A DNA stretch of 64,000 nt from the NCBI GenBank assembly GCA_943369475.1, contig CALRNJ020000006.1:139630-203629 (forward strand), in the 5' to 3' direction. Numbering within the stretch: position 1 is the first letter of the stretch; every line of letters starts with the position of its first letter. The translations under genes were made by a program, and so were the position numbers. The notes under the pieces were generated by a model. That model had not been told where the DNA came from, ran no database searches, and was given only the letters and a program-made list of their open reading frames with translations. This stretch comes from Sphingomonas paucimobilis (lineage in GTDB: Bacteria; Pseudomonadota; Alphaproteobacteria; Sphingomonadales; Sphingomonadaceae). This document shows positions 57,032-64,000 of this stretch, one piece after another.

Positions 57032-57715
57032 ATGATTCGCCTTGCCCTGCTGCTTACTGCTGTCGCCGCCGCCACACCAGCCAACGCCGCCGAACGCCGT
57101 TTCGATGCGTCGGACTTTGACAGGGTGGCAGTCAGTGGTAGCGATAATGTGCGGATCCAGCAGGGTAAGGGATTTGCCGTGGTTGCTAGCGGCGAATCAG
57201 CCGATCTCGAAAAGCTGGACGTGCGTGTGGAAAAGGGCGTGCTGAAGATCGGACGCAAAGACAGCGTTTGGGGTTGGGGCAGCAGCGGCAAGGACATGAC
57301 GGTTTCCGTTACCCTGCCGGCCCTGCATGGCCTGTCGCTGGCCGGCTCCGCCAATGTGCAGGCCGACAAAGGCAGTGGTGACACATTCGATGTGCGCGTC
57401 GCTGGTTCAGGCAATCTTCTCCTGGCCAGCCTTGATACTCGCACCGCCAATCTGGCGATTTCCGGTTCGGGCGACGTGAAGCTCTCTGGCCGCTGCGGCG
57501 CGCTCAATGTGAAGATCGCCGGCAGCGGCGATGCAAATCTGGCCAGCCTCGCCTGCACCAATACCGCAATCAGCATCGCCGGTTCCGGCAATGTCTCAGC
57601 GCATGCCACCGGTCAGGCGGCTGTCCGCATTGCTGGCTCTGGCGACGTGCGGATCACTGGCGGTGCTACCTGCACGAAGAAAGTCGCTGGCAGCGGCAAC
57701 GTGCAGTGCAGTTGA
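57026..57715 (+). CDS. Exported DUF2807/head-GIN-like beta-solenoid protein
   Basis: Signal peptide, then repeated (I/V)AGSG(N/D)(V/A) units; ends GSGNVQCS. AAGGAG SD before ATG 57026. Confidence 0.82.
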   Translation: MLMIRLALLLTAVAAATPANAAERRFDASDFDRVAVSGSDNVRIQQGKGFAVVASGESADLEKLDVRVEKGVLKIGRKDSVWGWGSSGKDMTVSVTLPALHGLSLAGSANVQADKGSGDTFDVRVAGSGNLLLASLDTRTANLAISGSGDVKLSGRCGALNVKIAGSGDANLASLACTNTAISIAGSGNVSAHATGQAAVRIAGSGDVRITGGATCTKKVAGSGNVQCS

Positions 57716-57721
57716 CGCCGA

Positions 57722-58300
57722 TCAACCGCGCCAATGGCTTATAATCGCGGCCAGGTCAGGCCGCGGGCGTTCTTCCAGCGGCTTGCTCTGGCTGCCGATA
57801 AAGAAGAAGCCGGCGATGCGTTCTGGGGCCGTGCCGCCCAGCAGCGCCAGCACCTTTTCATCAAACGCCGCCCAACCGGTCAGCCAGTTGGCAATATAAC
57901 CCTGGGCGTGCGCGGCCAGCATTAGGTTCTGGCACGCGGCGCCCACGGAAAGCTCTTGCTCCCAAATCGGGATGTGGCTCGGCTTCGGGCTGGCGATCGC
58001 CACCACAAGACAGGGCGCCTGAGTGGCGAACTGCTGCACGGCTTCCACCTCCATTCGTCCGGCATCGGGCTTGCCGGCGCGATAGATGGCCAGCAGCGCA
58101 TCGGCAAAGGCGTCGCGATTGTCGATCACCACGAAGCGCCACGGGTTGAGCTTACCGTGATCCGGCACACGCGCGGCCGCTGCCAATATCGCCTGCAATT
58201 TTCCTGCATCAGGGCCGGGTTCAATCATCTCCCGCGCCTTGCCGGAACGGCGACTGGCGAGCAGAGCGGGTGTGCTGGTGCGATCGTTGAAACTGTCCAT
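57722..58300 (-). CDS. Nitroreductase family protein (YdjA-like)
   Basis: LLASRRS, AARVPDHGKLNPWRF, GAACQNLMLAAHAQGY, WLTGW. Confidence 0.88.
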   Translation of the reverse strand: MDSFNDRTSTPALLASRRSGKAREMIEPGPDAGKLQAILAAAARVPDHGKLNPWRFVVIDNRDAFADALLAIYRAGKPDAGRMEVEAVQQFATQAPCLVVAIASPKPSHIPIWEQELSVGAACQNLMLAAHAQGYIANWLTGWAAFDEKVLALLGGTAPERIAGFFFIGSQSKPLEERPRPDLAAIISHWRG

Positions 58301-58504
58301 GATTGCCGTCTTTACCGCCGCTGCGGGGTGATGCCAATGCGGCCCTGCGCCCGTCCTTCATAGCCAGAGCAAGTCATTATTGCGTTGCCCGCTGCTGATT
58401 CCGGGCGTGGCAACCGCCCTCGGAAAATTCCTGAACCGGACCACTATTGTCAAAACTGAAGGCCGGAAACCGGTCGCTATTTCACAATCGAACAGCCCCG
58501 CAGT

Positions 58505-59746
58505 TCACTCCGCCGGCCTGATCACGACCCCGCCCTTCATCACCAGCTGTACGCGGGTGACGGCGGCCAGATCGGCCAGCGGATCACCGGAAACCGCCAC
58601 CAGATCGGCGAGTAGACCCGGCGCGATGCGGCCACGATCGGTAAGGCCGAAATAGTGGGCATTGCCGGCAGTGGCGGCGGTGAGCACGGCGGCTTTGGCC
58701 ATGCCGGCCTTGGCCATGAGCAGCATCTCGCGCGCATTTGTCCCGTGGGCATAAACACCGACATCGCCGCCCATGCATATCGGCACGCCGGCCCGCATCG
58801 CTAACCGGAAGGCTTCTCTGTCTTGCTGCACATCGGCCGGTGCCGGTTCCTGTCCGTTCCAACCGCGATAACGGGCAATGGCATCCCCGGCGGCGAGCGT
58901 CGGGCACAACGCCGTCTTGTTCTTCGCCATAAACGCATAGGTGGCGGCATCGCCCTCACTGCCATGTTCGATCACATCTACTCCGGCGGCAGAGGCGCGG
59001 CGCATGGCTTCGGCGGTGTTGGCATGGACGGCGACTTGCCTGCCGGCATCATGGGCGGCGGCCACGGCAGCTGCAATCTCAGCCTGGGAATAGGTGGGCC
59101 GGCTGCCCTCCCCGGGGCGCCAGCGATAATCGCCGTAGAGCTTTACTACGTCGGCCCCGGCGCCAATCTGGCGGCGCACGGCGCTCACCAGATTGGCGCC
59201 GTCCGCTTCTTCGGCGCCCTGAGGTACCGCCCAGGCGTCGTTCTTAGGGGCATAGCTGCCGGGCGCTACCAGGGCGCGGGTGGCAATGATCATGCGGGGT
59301 CCAAGGATGTGGCCTTCATTGATGGCGCGCTTCAGCCCCACATCGGCCGTGCCGGCACCTTCGGTGCCGAGATCGCGCACCGTGGTGAAACCGGCCATCA
59401 GCGTTGCCTTGGCATGGACCACGGCGCGGGCGACGCGATAGGCCTCGCTTTCCTTTAGCACCTGATCGTCCCACGGCACCTTGTCATAAGGATGGAGCAG
59501 CAGATGGCTGTGGCCTTCGATGAAGCCGGGCAGAAGCGTCTTGCCCTGCAGCGCGATGCGCTGGGCTTGGGCTGGCGCAGCAAGGTTGGGCCCCACTGCC
59601 ACGATCCGCCCGTCATCGACCAGGACCTGCCAGCCGGGGTGCATCGCTTCTCCATCCCACACCCGATCGGGCTGCAACAGTAGCGGCGAGGCCACCGCCT
59701 GCGCTGTGGTGCAGGCAAGAAGAGCGGTGAAGATGGCGCGGATCAT
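58505..59746 (-). CDS. Exported metal-dependent amidohydrolase (Xaa-Pro dipeptidase-like)
   Basis: Signal peptide, LLPGFIEGHSH, GFTTVRDLG, VAVHA, VIEHG, GGDVGV, GRIAPGLLADLVAV. Confidence 0.85.
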   Translation of the reverse strand: MIRAIFTALLACTTAQAVASPLLLQPDRVWDGEAMHPGWQVLVDDGRIVAVGPNLAAPAQAQRIALQGKTLLPGFIEGHSHLLLHPYDKVPWDDQVLKESEAYRVARAVVHAKATLMAGFTTVRDLGTEGAGTADVGLKRAINEGHILGPRMIIATRALVAPGSYAPKNDAWAVPQGAEEADGANLVSAVRRQIGAGADVVKLYGDYRWRPGEGSRPTYSQAEIAAAVAAAHDAGRQVAVHANTAEAMRRASAAGVDVIEHGSEGDAATYAFMAKNKTALCPTLAAGDAIARYRGWNGQEPAPADVQQDREAFRLAMRAGVPICMGGDVGVYAHGTNAREMLLMAKAGMAKAAVLTAATAGNAHYFGLTDRGRIAPGLLADLVAVSGDPLADLAAVTRVQLVMKGGVVIRPAE

Positions 59747-59865
59747 GGGCCTAAACAGACCCCGGCGGGCGGCCAAGGTCAAGTCGGCTTGGCGGAACCG
59801 CTGCCGCCCGCTATCACCATTGCTGGAAATGGTGCGCTGGGGCTGGCGCGCGAGGGAGAGGCAGT

Positions 59866-61626
59866 TTGAACGAGAACGCGAGCGCGGCGACGGCAGATAC
59901 CCGCCCGCAATGGTTTGGCCACCCGGCGCAACTGGCGCGGCTATTCACCACCGAAGCCATGGAGCGTTTTGGCTATTACGGGATGCGAGCGTTGTTGACG
60001 CTCTATCTCGCCAACCATTTCCTGTTCTCCGACAGCACGACGACCAGCCTTTATGGTGGCTTTACAGCCCTGGTCTATCTCACTCCGCTGGTCGGCGGTT
60101 TGCTGGCGGATAACTATCTTGGTTCCAAGAAAGCCGTGAAGTTCGGTGCCATCCTGATGGCTGCGGGCTATTTCACTCTTTGCTTCGGAGGCGAGGCTGC
60201 CAAGCCCTGGGCCAAGTTTGACGGCCAGCAATATGCGGTAAGCGTCGAAGTCCAAGGCAATGACAAGGCGCAGTTCGTCACGCTTGCAGGCCAGAAACTG
60301 CAGATCAAGGGTAACGAGGATGGCAGCGTGTCGCTGCTTGGTGCCGACGGCACGGAAGCTCGCCATATTGATAAGGGCGGTTTCGAAGCCGGTGGTGAAC
60401 GAGATGCGCTGTTCGTCACCATCATGCTGCTGGGCCTGTCCGCTGTCACCATTGGCAATGGCTTCTTCAAGCCTAACATCTCCACCATGGTTGGCAGCCT
60501 CTATGCCAAGGGCGACAGCCGCCGCGATGCCGGTTTTACCATCTTCTATATGGGCATCAACCTCGGCTCCTTGGGCAGCCAGTTGGCTTGTCCGTTTCTG
60601 GCCGATGCCTATGGCTGGTGGGCCGGTTTCCTGTTGGCTGCTTGTGGCATGGCGTTGAGCTGGTATCTGATCCAGTTCGCCGGGCCCAAGCTTGAAGGCT
60701 ATGGCGAGCCGCCCGCCGGCGCGCCAAACCGAGATATCCCGATCTATCTGGGCGCTATCGCTTTCGTACCTTTGGTGTGGTTCCTGTTCACCAATCTGAT
60801 GGCGGCGCCTCCGCCATTGGAAGGTGCGGGCTTCATGGGGTATCTCATGGGCCTGCCCATTCTTGGCAAGGTGCTGTTTGCTACCTTCCTTGCCTGCGTG
60901 GTGCTAATCCCGATCTGGTCCATCGCATATGGCAACCGCCAAGAATGGCAGATGATGCTGGCGGCGATCGTGTTGATCGTGTTCAACGTGGTGTTCTGGA
61001 CGCTGTTCGAACAGGCTGGATCGAGCCTCACCCTGTTTGCCGCGCGCAACACCGATCTGTCAGTTTTTGGCCTGTTCGAAATCTCGCCGGGGCAGACGCA
61101 GTTCTTCAACGCCATCTTCATCGTCTTGCTGGCGCCGCTGTTCAGCCTGTTGTGGCAGGCGCTGGGCCGGCGGGGGCTTGAGCCGGGCATTCCGGTGAAG
61201 TTCGGCATGGCACTGGCCGGCGTAGGCGGCGGCTTCCTCTTCCTGGTGTGGGGCAGCCAGTTTGCCGGAGACGATTTTAAGGTGGGCCTGTGGTGGCTGG
61301 CCGGCCTCTATTTTATCCACTCCATGGCCGAGCTGATGATTTCGCCGGTTGGCCTGTCGATGGTCACCAAGCTGTCGATCGCCCGCATCGTCGGCCTGAT
61401 GATGGGCCTTTGGTTCGTTTCAATCGCCTGCGCGCAGTATGTTGGCGGTTTGGTGGCACAGATCGCCAGCGTGGAAACCGTCGGCGGCCAGGTGACCAAC
61501 CTGAAGGTCAGCCTCGATACCTATACCGAAGTTTTCCAGACCATCGGCCTCGCCTCGGCGGCGATCGGCGGCGTGCTGCTGCTGATCTCGCCTTTACTGA
61601 AGCGGCTGATGCATGGCGTGAAGTGA
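59866..61626 (+). CDS. POT/PTR family proton-dependent oligopeptide transporter
   Basis: TEAMERFGYYG (ExxERFxYY), GNGFFKPNISTMVG, FYMGINLG, ELMISPVGLS. Confidence 0.93.
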   Translation: MNENASAATADTRPQWFGHPAQLARLFTTEAMERFGYYGMRALLTLYLANHFLFSDSTTTSLYGGFTALVYLTPLVGGLLADNYLGSKKAVKFGAILMAAGYFTLCFGGEAAKPWAKFDGQQYAVSVEVQGNDKAQFVTLAGQKLQIKGNEDGSVSLLGADGTEARHIDKGGFEAGGERDALFVTIMLLGLSAVTIGNGFFKPNISTMVGSLYAKGDSRRDAGFTIFYMGINLGSLGSQLACPFLADAYGWWAGFLLAACGMALSWYLIQFAGPKLEGYGEPPAGAPNRDIPIYLGAIAFVPLVWFLFTNLMAAPPPLEGAGFMGYLMGLPILGKVLFATFLACVVLIPIWSIAYGNRQEWQMMLAAIVLIVFNVVFWTLFEQAGSSLTLFAARNTDLSVFGLFEISPGQTQFFNAIFIVLLAPLFSLLWQALGRRGLEPGIPVKFGMALAGVGGGFLFLVWGSQFAGDDFKVGLWWLAGLYFIHSMAELMISPVGLSMVTKLSIARIVGLMMGLWFVSIACAQYVGGLVAQIASVETVGGQVTNLKVSLDTYTEVFQTIGLASAAIGGVLLLISPLLKRLMHGVK

Positions 61627-61691
61627 GCGGCAATAAGCGCTTGGCGGCGTCACGTTGACGGGCCACTATCGGTAGATTGGGAGGAGCTGAC

Positions 61692-62375
61692 GTGTCGGAT
61701 CTGATGCTGCTGGCGCTGCTCATGGGGGCGTTCCTGGTCAGCCACGAATTGCTTTCGCACCCTTTGCGTGGCCCCTTTGTGGCGCGCCTGGGGGAAAAGG
61801 GCTTTGCCCTGGTCTATTCGCTTGTGGCGCTGGCGAGTTTCGGCGCTGCGGTGCAGTTGTGGCGGCAGATCCCAAAGGCGCGGCTTTGGGACACGCCGGC
61901 CGGCGCTTATGTCCCGGCACTGGCGGCGATGCTGGTGGCCTGCATTTTCTTCGTGGGTTCGGTGAGCGCGCCCAACCCGGCGATGATGCCCGGTGTGAAG
62001 GGCGAACCCAAAGGGATGCAGCGCATTACCCGACATCCAATGATGTGGAGCATGGCGATCTGGGCCGGCGTGCACGTTATGATGACCGCCGATCCGCGCA
62101 CCATTGTGCTGGCCAGCGGAGTAGGCGTGCTGGCGCTGTTCGGCACGGCGATGCAGGACGGCAAGAAGAAGGCGCAGAACCCGGCCTATGCCGCCCACAT
62201 GGCGCGCACCTCGCATTTCCCGTTCCTCGCCATACTGGGCGGCCGCCAACCATGGAGTGCGATCTGGCCCGGCATGGTGCCGGTACTGGCTGGGGTGCTG
62301 TTGTGGTTCTTGATCTTGTGGGCCCACCCGATGCTGATCGGCGTGCCGGCCGCCGGCTGGAGTTATTTCCAATGA
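61692..62375 (+). CDS. NnrU family protein
   Basis: LRGPFVARLGEKGF..VYSLVAL, RITRHPMMW, RTSHFPF. GTG start after GAGGAG. Confidence 0.82.
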   Translation: MSDLMLLALLMGAFLVSHELLSHPLRGPFVARLGEKGFALVYSLVALASFGAAVQLWRQIPKARLWDTPAGAYVPALAAMLVACIFFVGSVSAPNPAMMPGVKGEPKGMQRITRHPMMWSMAIWAGVHVMMTADPRTIVLASGVGVLALFGTAMQDGKKKAQNPAYAAHMARTSHFPFLAILGGRQPWSAIWPGMVPVLAGVLLWFLILWAHPMLIGVPAAGWSYFQ

Positions 62376-63175
62376 GCGACGTTGTAGGCAAGGCGATCTG
62401 GATTACCGGGGCTTCGGCCGGGATCGGCAAGGGGCTGGCGCTGGCACTGGCGGCGCAGGGCGCGCGGCTGGTGCTGTCTGGCCGCAACCGGGCAGCGCTT
62501 GATGCAGTAGCGCAACACTGCCCCGGCAGCATCGTCGAGGCGTTTGAAGTGACCGACCTTGATTCGCTGCCGGGCATTGTCGCGCGGGTGACGGCGGTGA
62601 CCGGCGGTGTCGATTGGCTGGTGAATAATGCCGGAATCTCGCAACGCAGCCTGGCGCTGGATACCGAGTTTTCGGTTTATCGGACACTCATGGAGGTGGA
62701 CTTCTTCGCACCGCTGCGGCTGACGCAACTGGTGCTGCCGGGCATGGTGCAGCGTGGCTCAGGCCGCATCATTAACAACGCTTCGGTCGCCGGCAAGGTT
62801 GGCTCACCGCTGCGCACCGGTTACTGTGCTGCAAAACATGCACTGGTCGGCTGGTCCGATGCGATGCGGGCCGAGATCGCCCAATACGGTGTGCATGTGC
62901 ATGTGCTCACCCCCGGCTTCGTGGCCACCGGTATCGGGAAGAACGCCTTGCGCGGTGATGGCAGCCAGAAGGGGGATGGCGAAGATCCGGTTGATGCCGG
63001 CATTTCAATCCACGAGTCAGCGCAGCAAATTATCGCCGGCATCACCGGAAATGTGCCCGAAATCCCCGTTGGCCGGGACGGCGCGGCCGAAATGCAATTG
63101 CTGGGCTTGAAGCGGCAGGATCCTGAGGCCTGCTTCCAGTTGATGGCCAGCATGGCACCAAAAGTTGCTCGCTGA
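62372..63175 (+). CDS. Short-chain dehydrogenase/reductase
   Basis: ITGASAGIG, LVNNAGISQRS, catalytic YCAAK. ATG at 62372 overlaps the NnrU stop. Confidence 0.9.
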   Translation: MSDVVGKAIWITGASAGIGKGLALALAAQGARLVLSGRNRAALDAVAQHCPGSIVEAFEVTDLDSLPGIVARVTAVTGGVDWLVNNAGISQRSLALDTEFSVYRTLMEVDFFAPLRLTQLVLPGMVQRGSGRIINNASVAGKVGSPLRTGYCAAKHALVGWSDAMRAEIAQYGVHVHVLTPGFVATGIGKNALRGDGSQKGDGEDPVDAGISIHESAQQIIAGITGNVPEIPVGRDGAAEMQLLGLKRQDPEACFQLMASMAPKVAR

Positions 63176-63419
63176 AGGCAAGAGAGAAATTTTTGTCGTT
63201 TTTCCCTTGGCGGATGTGATTTGCACGTTTAAGGCGGAAATTAGGTAGCCGCCGCAAGGAAGCAGCGGGCTGTCTCTCGTGCAGCATCAGCCGGTACGCC
63301 AGCTAAAGGGCATGTCCGGTCGCGGAAGGGCCTGTTGGCCCTTGGCGTCCGAACCGCGCGAAGGGACTGATTACACCCAACAGCGGCCGCGATATGGCCA
63401 GTCAACGGGGACAACGATC

Positions 63420-64000
63420 TTGATCAGGAATAACCAGCGGCGGCGGCGTGGAGGTGGCAACACCGGTCCGCGCCCGCAACAAATGGCTGGCGGCAACAAT
63501 TACGGCGCTCGGCTGGATAACCGCCAGCGCGGGAATGCCACCCAGCTGCTGGAAAAGTATCGTGCCTTGGCGCGCGACGCCCAACAGGCCGGTGACCGGG
63601 TAACTGCAGAGTATTATCTGCAATATGCTGAACATTATTTTCGCCTTCTGGGCGATCATCGTGATCGGCAACCCGAAGGCCGCAATGGCCGCGACGGTTA
63701 TGATGATGAGGGCGTTGACGGCGACAACGGCAGCGCCGAGGGCGACGATGATCGCGCCGACGACGCTGACCAGCGCCGTGATGAGCGCCCCCGTGATGAC
63801 CGGCCCCGCGATGATCGTGAGCGTGGTCGCCGGGACGATCGCAACCTCGATGGCCGCAACCTCGATGGCCGCAACCTCGATGGCCGCAACCGCGATGGCC
63901 GCAACCGTGATGATCGTCCCCGCGATGACCGTCCACGGGAGGACCGCTTTCGTGACGAACGACCGCGTGATGACCGTGCGCGTGATGACCGTGCGCGTGA
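63420..64000 (+). CDS. DUF4167-domain protein with low-complexity R/D-rich tail; 3' end runs off the window
   Basis: Translated by hand from TTG 63420: RGNATQLLEKYRALARDAQQAGDRVTAEYYLQYAEHYFRLL, then R/D/G repeats with no stop to the window end. Confidence 0.82.
   Translation, partial: MIRNNQRRRRGGGNTGPRPQQMAGGNNYGARLDNRQRGNATQLLEKYRALARDAQQAGDRVTAEYYLQYAEHYFRLLGDHRDRQPEGRNGRDGYDDEGVDGDNGSAEGDDDRADDADQRRDERPRDDRPRDDRERGRRDDRNLDGRNLDGRNLDGRNRDGRNRDDRPRDDRPREDRFRDERPRDDRARDDRAR
63840..63914 (+). repeat. In-frame 15-bp tandem repeat (5 units)
   Basis: (cgcaacctcgatggc)x3, then cgcaaccgcgatggc and cgcaaccgtgatgat, encoding RNLDG x3, RNRDG, RNRDD. A further (gatgaccgtgcgcgt)x2 lies at the window end. 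Confidence 0.9.

Noticed and set aside
58301-58504. AT-richer 204-nt spacer and ORF 58380..58655
   Set aside because: It has no SD or recognisable motif and overlaps the amidohydrolase antisense. It is most simply the nitroreductase promoter region.
61859-63175. 438-aa ORF suggesting an N-terminally extended or fused SDR
   Set aside because: The first ~170 aa overlap NnrU in another frame. The SDR Rossmann motif starts right after ATG 62372, which overlaps the NnrU stop.
63840-63914. CRISPR-like repeat array
   Set aside because: The units are 15 bp, directly tandem with no spacers, in frame within a CDS, and no cas genes are present.
63424-63936. Antisense ORF with HRGCG repeats resembling a metal-binding protein
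   Set aside because: It is the reverse-complement reading of the RNLDG repeat in the DUF4167 gene.

Overview
GC-rich chromosomal window from an alphaproteobacterium, most likely Sphingomonadales (inferred from the two-piece tmRNA with tag ANDNEAFAIAA, the TonB-dependent receptor and the gene neighbourhoods). It is mostly core genome: tRNA-Tyr/Gly/Trp, secE-nusG-rplK-rplA-rplJ-rplL-rpoB-rpoC, ssrA/sspB/gmk, the aa3 cytochrome c oxidase cluster followed by SURF1-thrC-M16 peptidase, and helicase-S4-fdxA-carD. Hydrolase, transport and redox genes are interspersed. I found no transposase, integrase, prophage, CRISPR array or defence island, and no clearly novel multi-gene system that can be asserted from sequence alone. 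The best leads are: (1) a perfect 24-bp inverted repeat covering the Shine-Dalgarno and start codon of a DUF2807/GIN-like gene (56980-57031); (2) a czcC-czcA-like efflux pair with no membrane fusion protein gene; (3) a multiply broken diguanylate cyclase between tRNA-Tyr and tRNA-Gly; (4) tandem exported DsrE-like paralogues overlapping a nitronate monooxygenase-family gene; (5) a REP-like nested palindrome. Family names come from motif recognition only; no database searches were run.
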